A stretch of DNA of 54,321 bases, taken from the IMG/VR virus record IMGVR_UViG_3300044788_000028, positions 1 through 54,321 of that record; one strand, 5' to 3'. Under the pieces are notes generated by a model. The model worked only from the letters and a program-made list of their open reading frames with translations, did not search any database and had not been told where the DNA came from. The stretch's first letter is position 1. Each line of letters begins with the position of its first letter. Below, in pieces: positions 31,086 to 39,254 of the stretch. Position numbers and translations under genes: made by a program. This stretch comes from a virus.

Positions 31086-31440
31086 GGAAGTGCTCCGTTC
31101 GTTGTGTGTGAGGTCTTCGCTTCGTTGATGTTGGTGGCGCCCTGTTCACGGCGCCTGCGGTTGTGTGGACCCGCCCCGGTGATCCTCTTGGCTGAGCATA
31201 CACTCGAGCCAGCTTTTCGCACCGGGCATCATGGAGGGGGTCTTGGGTGGTTGAGGGGGTGCCCGGCTTGCCGCTCTGGCCTCGCCGCCTGCACCATCAC
31301 CGCCCGCCCCGCTTCGCTTTTCAAACAACGACCTACTATGGTATAAGGTCATGGCGGGGCCGTAGGGTATCAAGGATCAGTTATCTCTATCAATATCAAC
31401 GACTTACGGGGTCGACCACACAAATGTGATAGCCATTTCC

Positions 31441-31452
31441 GGGTCTAGACCC
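31441..31452. promoter_or_regulatory. GGGTCTAGACCC 12-bp palindrome, copy 1
   Basis: Read directly. It begins 2 nt from the helicase copy 2 stop codon (minus strand TAAGGGGGTCTAGACCC). The same 12-mer is at 53249-53260, and an 11/12 copy is at 38235-38246. Confidence 0.6.
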
Positions 31453-31454
31453 CC

Positions 31455-32948
31455 TTAGAAGCGCCATGCCCGCTCTGATACGGGGGACACCAGCACCAAC
31501 CGCTCCCGGGCGCGGGTGACCCCCACGTACTGCACCCGTAGCTCTGCGTCCGGTTCACGCTGTGCCCCGGCTTCGACGCGCTGCGTGATGTCTGTTAGCA
31601 AGGCGACATGATCGGCCTGCGCCCCCTTCGCCCCGTGTACCGTGCTGATACGCACGCGCCCCGGCTTGGTCAGGGACTCCCCGCGCTGGCGGAGTTCGCG
31701 GATGTACAGCATGTCATCGGGGTTCATGTGTTCGCAGGCATCATACCATTGGGTTGCCCGGTCGAACCCCGGTGCAAGGACATGCTCCCACGCACACAAC
31801 TCCGGGAGGTACTCGACCGCGATGTCGGTACGTACCCCGTGCGGCAGGAAGGGGAGCAGCGTGCGGACCTCCGCACGGGGTACCCCGTTGCCGCGTTGGA
31901 GATGGAAGTAGGCCATCGCCGCGCGCACCGCCGGCAACGCCCATGACCAGCGCCCGTCCGGCAACTGATAGACCACACCCTGCTGCCGGGCCATCGCGCG
32001 CCATCCGGCAAGCTGCGCATTCGTCCGTGCCAGCAGCAACCACTCTCCTTCTCGCACGTCCACGTACTCGGTACCCGTGACCCACTCGACCACACCCTCC
32101 GCGTCCCGGGGGGCGTACACCTTCGGGGTGCGTTGGTGCATCCGTGCCGTGACCCCGTCTGCTAGTCGCTTGATGCTGCGGGGGAGGCGGAAGCTCACCG
32201 GCAAGACCCGGCGCTCCCCGCGTACCCGTTGCAGGAAATCCACGTCAGCGCCTGACCAGTGGTAGACGGCTTGGTCGTCGTCACCGGCGATGATCAGTCT
32301 ACAGTCCGCCGGGAGAATGCGCCGCAGCAGCGACCACTGTGCCGTCGAGGTGTCCTGTGCTTCGTCGAGGTAGAGCACGTCCACGTCAAGCGTGCCCCCG
32401 GTGTCCGCGATCATGTCACTGAAGTCCGTGAGCGCGTTGCGCTGCTTGAACGTGGCGTAGTCCGCGGCCAGTCGTTCGACGTACTCCCATTCGAGATCCG
32501 GTAACTGCGCGGTATCCCATTCGTGATAGAGGGAGGTTTCCCGTGCCGCGGCCAGTCCCAGCAACGAGAGCACGCGGTCGGCGAAGGTGCCTTCGTCCAC
32601 GTCATAGATGGGCGGGGCAGTCCCGTCATCGGTGGGGTCCACGCGGGGGGCTGCCGCGCTGAAGGCCTCCCCCATCGCCGCGCCGAACTGGTGCAGGTGG
32701 ACAGGGCCGAGCACGTCGCTGCGCGTCAACTCCGCCAGCTTGAACGCCGTGGCGTGGATGGTCTTGAAGTAGGGGAGGTCGCCCCGCGCCACACGGTTCA
32801 CCGCTTCCCGTATCGCGCGCCGGGAAAAGCTCACGAACGCGAGGCGCTCCGGGGCGACCCCGTGCTCGAGGTCGTGGTGCACCATGCGCAGCAGGGTTTC
32901 CGTCTTGCCGGTCCCCGGTGGCCCTAGCACCAACTGCACGTCGCGCAT
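31455..32948 (-). CDS. UvrD/Rep-family SF1 helicase (copy 2)
   Basis: VLGPPGTGKTET (I), LYLDEAQD (II), AGDDDQAVY (III), TVHGAKGAQADHVALL, YVGVTRARE. ATG at 32948. The N-terminal extension of the track ORF was discarded. Confidence 0.85.
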   Translation of the reverse strand: MRDVQLVLGPPGTGKTETLLRMVHHDLEHGVAPERLAFVSFSRRAIREAVNRVARGDLPYFKTIHATAFKLAELTRSDVLGPVHLHQFGAAMGEAFSAAAPRVDPTDDGTAPPIYDVDEGTFADRVLSLLGLAAARETSLYHEWDTAQLPDLEWEYVERLAADYATFKQRNALTDFSDMIADTGGTLDVDVLYLDEAQDTSTAQWSLLRRILPADCRLIIAGDDDQAVYHWSGADVDFLQRVRGERRVLPVSFRLPRSIKRLADGVTARMHQRTPKVYAPRDAEGVVEWVTGTEYVDVREGEWLLLARTNAQLAGWRAMARQQGVVYQLPDGRWSWALPAVRAAMAYFHLQRGNGVPRAEVRTLLPFLPHGVRTDIAVEYLPELCAWEHVLAPGFDRATQWYDACEHMNPDDMLYIRELRQRGESLTKPGRVRISTVHGAKGAQADHVALLTDITQRVEAGAQREPDAELRVQYVGVTRARERLVLVSPVSERAWRF

Positions 32949-32968
32949 CTTGGTGTCTAGACGGGAGT

Positions 32969-32992
32969 GGATTGTTCGCTGGTGAACAATCC
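32969..32992 (-). other. 9-bp stem-loop between the primase and helicase genes
   Basis: ggattgttc / gctggt / gaacaatcc read directly. A GTCTAGAC octamer lies 7 nt away at 32955-32962. Confidence 0.5.
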
Positions 32993-33010
32993 ACGCGTCG
33001 CATCTTGCAT

Positions 33011-34603
33011 CTAAAACTCCTCGTCTGGCTTGGCTGCCGGCGCCGGGATTGGTGCCGTTGCCGCGTCGGTGAACACCGGCAAGGACCACCATGATAGCGA
33101 CTTGCCCTTGAAGCTCCAATGACCATTCTCCGCGTTGCGGTCCCGCAGGAAGGACCACAACGCGTGCGCGTTCTGGAAAATGACGTGCCGCGACTTGAGG
33201 TACCCAACCAAGTCCTTGCTGCGGAAGAAGACGCGGTCGCTCTCAATGAAGACCTTGCCCTGCTGCAATCCTTCCCGGTTGGCCGCGTACACGTTCTGCG
33301 TACAGAAGCTCCGGGTCCACATCCATACTTGCCCCCACGGCCCCGCGTCCTCCGGGCTCGGCACCACGTCTGCCCGCGACACCAAGGCCTGAAGGTAAGC
33401 GCGCCACTTGGCCCCGGTCACGTTCGCGGGAATGATGTTGCACACCGCGAGGCACCGTTGGTTGAACAGATCCACGCTGTAGAGTTCGGCGTTGCTCAAC
33501 TGCACCCGCTTGCCGTTCAGCACAATGACCCACAGCGGGTCATCGAACGGCGCTTCGTACTTGGTGATCTCCTCGATCTCCATCGTGCTGTGCCCACTGT
33601 CCGGGAGGTCACCACCCACTCCGAACAGGCGCTTCTTGCAGAGCGCCTTCTGGCAGACCGCATTGATGGGGACCTGCGTACAGAGATACTGATACTTCTT
33701 TCGGGTCAGCGACTTGACAATGTCGCCTACTTCGTCCTCGCGCAGCTGTCCCATGCGTTCGTTGTACGTATGGAGAAGGTGTTCCCAATCCACGGGGAAC
33801 GCCTTCTGCAAGTACACACCCACGCTGACCATGCCGTTCCGCTTGCCGCCGTCCGGAAATCCACCCTGTGCTTCGTACGTTTGCAAACAGGGCGGCCCGT
33901 CCTTGAACAGGGTGTCGGGCACCGTGCTCATTACGGCCTCGGTGGCCTGCTCCGGTGTGAGGCACGCCGCGTCCGCCGCATCGAGGAACTGTTCGAAGGT
34001 GCTCGGCTTCCCGTCGATGATGGCGTAGCGGTTGGTGGTCGCCACGGTGAACCACGGGAGATTGATCCATGACCCGATGTCCCGGTCGTTAGCCCGTGAC
34101 GACTGCTTCGGGAAAATCTCCACGGTGTGTGCCATGCCCAGCAGCGCCGCGTACTCTGTGAGACGGTGGCGCACCACGGTTGCCGGCACGGGGTCCTTCA
34201 GGAACAAGTAGAAGTGCCCACCCCCGGACTTCGACCGGCACAGGACCAGCGGCAACTTCTTGGCCTTGACCTTCTGCTCCCACTCGGCGTGATTCATGTC
34301 TCGCACGTCGAGGTCGATGGCCCCGAACAGCACGGTATCGTCCTCACGGAGCATGATGATGCCGAGCCCGTTGCCCACCCCCTCGAGGTGGTCCCGGTAC
34401 AACTCCGGCACGGGTTCCCCGCGCACGGTGATGGCTTTACCCTTGACCTTCTCGCCTTCCGCGCCCTGTTGCTCTGCGAGCTTGAATGACCCGTATGCCT
34501 TGCCATATCCACGGAACAGGGATACGAAACGGGCGACCAGCGTATCCGGGACCGTATGCTCCCGGATACGCTGGCCTTCGTTCGGCGATGCCGAAGATGT
34601 CAC
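33011..34603 (-). CDS. Archaeo-eukaryotic-type primase(-polymerase) with PriCT-like domain
   Basis: GIIMLREDDTVLFGAIDLDV (DxD), SKSGGGHFYLFL (sGH) and GPPCLQ...GGFPDGGKRNGMVSVGVYL (PriCT-like). No Walker A motif. GTG start. The C-terminus is acidic and ends in Phe (KPDEEF). Confidence 0.75.
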   Translation of the reverse strand: MTSSASPNEGQRIREHTVPDTLVARFVSLFRGYGKAYGSFKLAEQQGAEGEKVKGKAITVRGEPVPELYRDHLEGVGNGLGIIMLREDDTVLFGAIDLDVRDMNHAEWEQKVKAKKLPLVLCRSKSGGGHFYLFLKDPVPATVVRHRLTEYAALLGMAHTVEIFPKQSSRANDRDIGSWINLPWFTVATTNRYAIIDGKPSTFEQFLDAADAACLTPEQATEAVMSTVPDTLFKDGPPCLQTYEAQGGFPDGGKRNGMVSVGVYLQKAFPVDWEHLLHTYNERMGQLREDEVGDIVKSLTRKKYQYLCTQVPINAVCQKALCKKRLFGVGGDLPDSGHSTMEIEEITKYEAPFDDPLWVIVLNGKRVQLSNAELYSVDLFNQRCLAVCNIIPANVTGAKWRAYLQALVSRADVVPSPEDAGPWGQVWMWTRSFCTQNVYAANREGLQQGKVFIESDRVFFRSKDLVGYLKSRHVIFQNAHALWSFLRDRNAENGHWSFKGKSLSWWSLPVFTDAATAPIPAPAAKPDEEF

Positions 34604-34610
34604 GTGCTAC

Positions 34611-35513
34611 CTAGAACGGCTCGTCGCCCGGCTCCCGCTGCGGCGTGGGCGCCGCACCTGCTGGGATGTCCTCGATGACCACACCCACCGCGTCCTGAAT
34701 CGGCTGGGTGCGCACCGCGCCACTGAGCGCGGCCGCGCAGAACTCGCGTGCCGTGCGGTACAGCGCCTCGCCGTTGTCGAGCCCGATGGTGGGACCGTCC
34801 GGCACGATGTTGACGCCGAACCACGATCCCTTGTCGTTCTTCTCGGGCACCGACGTGATGCGGTACGACATGTAGAACATCGCTGGCGTGAATGGGGCGC
34901 CCGTCGTCGGGTGCTTCGCGACCAGCTCCTTGATAATGCTGTTCCACCGTCGCGCCTTCTTCAGCTGCGTGCCGGACAAGCTGAGTACGCACTGCCGCGC
35001 CGTGCCGTTCTTCTCATCCACCAGCAGCACGTAGTACATGCCGGCGCGCACCATCTCGGTGCCCTCGGGGGTGCGGTCCTTCCCCGTTTCCGGGTCACGG
35101 CTGCACCGTGCGGAGTTGCTGGGGTCGGTGCGCCAGTCCTTGACGAACCCACCACCCGTCGCGCGGGGCTTCCATTCCGTGTAGCTGGGCGTGAATGCCA
35201 CCGGGACGACGAGTACGCCCTCCTCACCGTCGAACACCTCACGGGTGACGGTGTTGATGAACATGCTCGGGCGCCCGTCCGGCAGATACTTCTCGTTGCC
35301 GCGCGTGACCTCGGGCGAGAGTCCCTGCAACACACGCAGGAACGGGATCGCAAGGTCGTCGGTGCTGAACTTCTGGACGTTGTCCTTCGCGTCCTGCAAC
35401 AGCAGGTCGGCGAGGTCCTGCGTGACGAGCCCCGTACTGGAAGGCACGGGTGCCGTGGCGACCGCGGTGCCGGGGGTGTCCGGCTCGGCTGGCGCCTTGG
35501 TCTTGCTAGCCAT
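34611..35513 (-). CDS. Putative ssDNA-binding / recombination protein
   Basis: 300 aa in the replication module. The acidic C-terminal tail ending in Phe (REPGDEPF) recalls T7 gp2.5. No fold-level motif recognised. Confidence 0.35.
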   Translation of the reverse strand: MASKTKAPAEPDTPGTAVATAPVPSSTGLVTQDLADLLLQDAKDNVQKFSTDDLAIPFLRVLQGLSPEVTRGNEKYLPDGRPSMFINTVTREVFDGEEGVLVVPVAFTPSYTEWKPRATGGGFVKDWRTDPSNSARCSRDPETGKDRTPEGTEMVRAGMYYVLLVDEKNGTARQCVLSLSGTQLKKARRWNSIIKELVAKHPTTGAPFTPAMFYMSYRITSVPEKNDKGSWFGVNIVPDGPTIGLDNGEALYRTAREFCAAALSGAVRTQPIQDAVGVVIEDIPAGAAPTPQREPGDEPF

Positions 35514-35540
35514 TGTGATGCTCCTGTGAAGTGAGTGGAC

Positions 35541-36185
35541 CTACTTGGCCTTCTTGATGCTCACGCGCCGGGCGGCATACGCACCCACGCGGTCCAACGG
35601 CACGGGCTGACCCTGTTGGATCAACTCGCGCAATAGCGCCTTGAACGACGCGGTGTTGACCGACGACTTGTCAGTGAACCCGTACCCGTCGGTCTTCAGC
35701 TTGCTGATCAACGCCTCGGCTTCCGTGCCTTGGCCCTTCTTGAAGGGCACGAGGATGTCGCGGGTAATGAGACCATCATTCCCCGTCTCACGCAGCCATG
35801 CGCATGCCTGCCCCAGCTTGTCACCGGCGAGGGAGACTTGCAGGAAGGGTCCCACCTCGAGCTTCCGTCCGTCCGTGGTGGTGAAGGTCTTGACGTTCGC
35901 GGCGTCCATCGCCTCGGGGAGCGTCACCTCGAGCAGTGTGCGCTCCTGCGTTTGCAACAGCTTCAGCGACTGCTCGACCTGCACGATCTGTTCCTCGAGC
36001 GTCACCGCCTGCTCGGCGAGTTCGCCGATGGTCCGGATGGCGTCTGCCGGTGCCTGCGCCGCCACGGCTGCGGCGTCCGCGGCGAAGTCGATCGCCGACC
36101 CGGCACCAGCCGCGAACCCCTCGGGATGCTGCTCCTCACCCGGCTCTACGTCGCGGACCTGCCGCATGGGAATACGGTGCTTCAT
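35541..36185 (-). CDS. Hypothetical coiled-coil protein (possibly Mu Gam-like)
   Basis: 214 aa from the ATG at 36185 (ATGA overlap). N-terminal coiled coil (LEEQIVQVEQSLKLLQTQERTLLE) followed by a mixed alpha/beta C-terminal half. The Gam resemblance is only impressionistic. Confidence 0.3.
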   Translation of the reverse strand: MKHRIPMRQVRDVEPGEEQHPEGFAAGAGSAIDFAADAAAVAAQAPADAIRTIGELAEQAVTLEEQIVQVEQSLKLLQTQERTLLEVTLPEAMDAANVKTFTTTDGRKLEVGPFLQVSLAGDKLGQACAWLRETGNDGLITRDILVPFKKGQGTEAEALISKLKTDGYGFTDKSSVNTASFKALLRELIQQGQPVPLDRVGAYAARRVSIKKAK

Positions 36186-36601
36186 GTGGACCCTCCTTCG
36201 TTGATGTGTGGTGCGTCGATGTCGAGGGCGAGTTGCCCAAGGTCGACCCGCACCGGGATGTACCGCTCCACGACATTGGTGCGCCGCCCCTGCGCATCCT
36301 TTGCGCGCTGCGCACTCAGCCACACGAACTGATCGAACCCGAGGTCGGAGATGGCGACCCCCACCATAAGGGCCGCGATGGCTCCGCCCCCGGCCGCGGT
36401 GAGAAAATCCGCCTTGGGGTCGAAGTGCTCGAGGCGCTTCTTGATGTTGTCCAATGTGTGGACGCTCCGATGCAGCGGGTTGTCGCCTGCTTGCACCAGC
36501 ACCACCACTTCACCAAACGCGGACAGCGGCTTGAGGTCCGGGGTTTCGCCGGCACGGCTGACCGTGGGTTGTACAAGGAGGTAAACTGTTGGTGATGGCA
36601 T
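36182..36601 (-). CDS. Hypothetical protein
   Basis: 139 aa from the ATG at 36601. The upstream part of the track ORF was discarded. Confidence 0.5.
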   Translation of the reverse strand: MPSPTVYLLVQPTVSRAGETPDLKPLSAFGEVVVLVQAGDNPLHRSVHTLDNIKKRLEHFDPKADFLTAAGGGAIAALMVGVAISDLGFDQFVWLSAQRAKDAQGRRTNVVERYIPVRVDLGQLALDIDAPHINEGGST

Positions 36602-36666
36602 GGGCGGTTCCCGTCGTTGGGGTACGCGTAAAGGTATGGTAAGGGCCACGGCGCTACAAGACTCGT

Positions 36667-38106
36667 TCACCCCAGCAAGTAACGCAGCGCCGCGCTGTTG
36701 CGCACAATGTCCGTAAGCTCCTGCACCTTCTCCACGGACTTGATCATCTTCTCCTCCATCGTCCCTTCGCTCACGAGGTCCACGTAGCGCACGCGCTCCT
36801 TCTGGCCGAGGCGATACGTGCGGTCGTTCGCCTGCTTCCGTTGCAGGTAGCTCCACGTATGGGAGTACCAGATCACCGTCGTCCCTTGCAGAATGGTCAG
36901 TGACTCCGCGCCCTTGGACGGGGTCACCAGCAGCACCTTGATGCTGGCGTCCTCCTTGAAGGCGTTCAGCTGCCGCGCGCACTCGTCGTCGGACAGCTTC
37001 CCATAGTACCGCGCGCAAGCGATCCCTTCCGCGGCGAGCGCCACAGCCAAGCGGTCCACGTCATACTGCCACTTGCACCACACAACCACCTGCCCCGGTG
37101 CCTGCGCGACTTCGTCCACCGCCACGTCCACACGCGGACACGGGAACTCCGTCACCGTGCGGTTGCCCTCGAGGTCCTTGTGCCCAATGAATCCGGAGAG
37201 CACCTGCTGCATGCGGATCATCCGCACCATGAGCATCTGTTCGTCGATGACCGCGCCGCTGTCCAGCACCGTGAGGCACTCGTCGCGCAACTCGGTATAG
37301 AGGCGCCGTTGTTCTTCGCCGAGCGTGGTGTACACCGTCACCGGCGGCAACCGCTCCGGCATGTCTGCACACTCCGCGAGAGTGGCGGTGGCCATGAACG
37401 GGCGAATCTTGTCCAGCAGGATATCGGTGTTGCGGTACCCCACGATCTTGGTGAAGCGGTCGAAGCGACGCTCCACACAGAACCACGCCTTGAACTCCGT
37501 GTAGGTGCGGCAACCAATGATGCCGGGGTCGATGAACCCGAACTGCGAGAACAGGTTCTCATACCCCTTGGCCAGCGGCGTGCCGGTCAGGATACGGCGG
37601 ACGCGTAGGTGCTCGCGGAGCTTGAGCAGCGCCTTGGTGCGGCGCGCACCCGGGGTCTTGATCTTGTGCGACTCGTCCGCGATCCCCATCACGCCCCACT
37701 GCTCGCGCTGCTTCAGCACGTCGGCGACGAACGCCTGCCCGCTGGACCCGGACATGGCTTCGATGTTGACGGCCACCAGCACCAGCGCGTCCGGGTCCCG
37801 CAGCGCGTCGGCAGCGGCCTTGGTCTGCTTCGCGGTCATGCGCGACGTGTAGAGGACGCTGCGGGTGTTGGCGGCAGGGTCCCAATGGAGCGCCGCTTGT
37901 TCCGGCCACACGCGGTGTCCCCCGTTCGGTCCCCACGCGATGACGGTGCGGATATCCTTGGCAAGGTAGCGGTGCATCGCGGTATCGAGCGCGATCTTGG
38001 TCTTGCCGGTGCCGGGGTCCATGAGCAGCGCGAACGCGTCGAGGTCGCCGCTCTGCTGGTAGATCCGTCGTTGGTGATCATACTGCGTCGTGTAGGGTGC
38101 GTGCAT
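36667..38106 (-). CDS. SNF2-family helicase/ATPase
   Basis: DPGTGKTKIAL (I), IADESHKIK (DExH) and LTGTPLAKG, plus a C-terminal helicase domain (LLVTPSKGAESLTI, NDRTYRLGQ). ATG at 38106. Confidence 0.85.
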   Translation of the reverse strand: MHAPYTTQYDHQRRIYQQSGDLDAFALLMDPGTGKTKIALDTAMHRYLAKDIRTVIAWGPNGGHRVWPEQAALHWDPAANTRSVLYTSRMTAKQTKAAADALRDPDALVLVAVNIEAMSGSSGQAFVADVLKQREQWGVMGIADESHKIKTPGARRTKALLKLREHLRVRRILTGTPLAKGYENLFSQFGFIDPGIIGCRTYTEFKAWFCVERRFDRFTKIVGYRNTDILLDKIRPFMATATLAECADMPERLPPVTVYTTLGEEQRRLYTELRDECLTVLDSGAVIDEQMLMVRMIRMQQVLSGFIGHKDLEGNRTVTEFPCPRVDVAVDEVAQAPGQVVVWCKWQYDVDRLAVALAAEGIACARYYGKLSDDECARQLNAFKEDASIKVLLVTPSKGAESLTILQGTTVIWYSHTWSYLQRKQANDRTYRLGQKERVRYVDLVSEGTMEEKMIKSVEKVQELTDIVRNSAALRYLLG

Positions 38107-38235
38107 GGGTACAACGGTAACGCCGGGGTATTGGTGCTCCCTAGACCCACCGCCCTCGCCTGCACCAACGACGTAGGGCAGCGCAGGCGTGCATTTCCTT
38201 GGGCGGGGAACACCCACCCAACACTGCCGAGAAAC

Positions 38236-38279
38236 GGTCTAGACCCGCTCTAGTCCCGCTCTAGTCCCGCTCTAGTGCA
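38236..38279. repeat. Four TCTAG-centred units phased at 11 bp
   Basis: ggTCTAGacccgc TCTAGtcccgc TCTAGtcccgc TCTAGtgcag read directly (TCTAG at 38238, 38249, 38260 and 38271). It lies between the lysis and replication modules. A further CTAGACCC is at 38141-38148. Confidence 0.85.
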
Positions 38280-38475
38280 GCAGCGATCGGATGATGTCGA
38301 GGGCCACGGGCGCGGGAGTGTCCACGCGCGCCGTGGTGTTTAGGTAGTGGCAGTGCCATACGACCATGTCCTCATAGGGCACCGGAGGGCACGCACCAGC
38401 GGGTGCGCGCTTTGCGAGCGCGTACGCCACCGCGACGGGGTACATCATGTCGGCGCTGGTGAAGTGGGCGTCCAT
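38272..38475 (-). CDS. Hypothetical protein
   Basis: 67-aa ORF with an ATG start abutting the upstream stop. Confidence 0.5.
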   Translation of the reverse strand: MDAHFTSADMMYPVAVAYALAKRAPAGACPPVPYEDMVVWHCHYLNTTARVDTPAPVALDIIRSLLH

Positions 38476-39153
38476 TTACTTCTTGACCTGATGGTAGCCG
38501 ATGACGGCTACGGTGACCACCCCCACGACCTCGAGCACCTTCTCCGTGGTGTGCCACGCGCGCTTGATGAAGGAGGGACGCGGCGGTTCTGCCGGCACCT
38601 GCTGCTCGGTCTTGTTGAGCGCGTCCTTCAGGGACGTGACCAGCGTGTCCATCTGATAGGCGTATATGACGTGCGCGGTGCTGTCCTCGATGAACCGCAG
38701 GTACAGACCGAACGCGTCCTGCGACAGGCGATCGGCGGCCCGCACAAGGCCAAGGTGCACCAGCACGAACGCGGAGTCGGGCATGGCCGCCACGGTGGCC
38801 GAGTCGACAAGGACAACCGTGTCCGCTGTGGTGTCCTTGGTGAAGACCTTGAGTTGCGCGGTCAGCGCTGCGTTGTCCCGTTTCAGCGTGGTCACGCTGG
38901 CAGACAGGGCGCCCGTGGTCTTCAGGGCAGCCGCGCGTTGCCGGGCGGCTGCGGTGTCGCGGGCCGCGATGACGCGGTGCGTGCTGTCCCGCACGATCGC
39001 CACGCGTGCAGACGCCACACCCCGCGCTTCCGCGTCCTCGAGCTTGTGGTCGTACCACGCCGTCACGCTGAAGATGGCCGCGACACCACCCGCCAAGGCC
39101 CACGCGGGCCACGGCACCTTTCCCAGCACGGTCACGATCGTCTTGAAGTTCAT
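38476..39153 (-). CDS. Lysis-cassette coiled-coil protein with hydrophobic helices at both ends (spanin-like?)
   Basis: N-terminal WPAWALAGGVAAIFSVTAW and C-terminal VLEVVGVVTVAVIGY hydrophobic segments with an Ala/Arg/Thr-rich helical middle. Located downstream of the amidase gene. Confidence 0.45.
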   Translation of the reverse strand: MNFKTIVTVLGKVPWPAWALAGGVAAIFSVTAWYDHKLEDAEARGVASARVAIVRDSTHRVIAARDTAAARQRAAALKTTGALSASVTTLKRDNAALTAQLKVFTKDTTADTVVLVDSATVAAMPDSAFVLVHLGLVRAADRLSQDAFGLYLRFIEDSTAHVIYAYQMDTLVTSLKDALNKTEQQVPAEPPRPSFIKRAWHTTEKVLEVVGVVTVAVIGYHQVKK

Positions 39154-39254
39154 GGCATCCTCAGCAGGTGGAGCGCCGGGGTACTTTGCGAACAGGCGCT
39201 TGCATGGTCAGTGCGACGTCGTCGCGGCAGGCGGTCGCGTTTCCCCCGGCACAT
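39150..39254 (-). CDS. Tiny basic ORF (34 aa), doubtful
   Basis: Hand translation gives MCRGKRDRLPRRRRTDHASACSQSTPALHLLRMP. TGATG overlap with the amidase stop and ATGA overlap with the next start. Confidence 0.25.
   Translation of the reverse strand: MCRGKRDRLPRRRRTDHASACSQSTPALHLLRMP

Noticed and set aside
31146-31373. The 75-aa minus-strand ORF inside the long intergenic region.
   Set aside because: The translation is low in complexity (GAGGDGAGGEARAASRAPPQPPKTP), with no ribosome-binding site and no coupling to neighbours. It was treated as non-coding.
31086-31454. tRNA, tmRNA or other known RNA genes in the non-coding gaps (11405-11731, 16154-16411, 27024-27107, 31086-31454, 36602-36666, 38107-38271, 51827-51908, 53777-53859).
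   Set aside because: By eye I could not fold any of these into a cloverleaf with the conserved GTTC-type T-arm and acceptor pairing. This is a weak negative; tRNAscan-SE, ARAGORN or Rfam should be run.
38236-38279. Possible CRISPR array at the TCTAG repeats.
   Set aside because: The repeat period is only 11 bp with no spacers. There are only four units and no cas genes. The array is better described as phased operator or iteron-like repeats.
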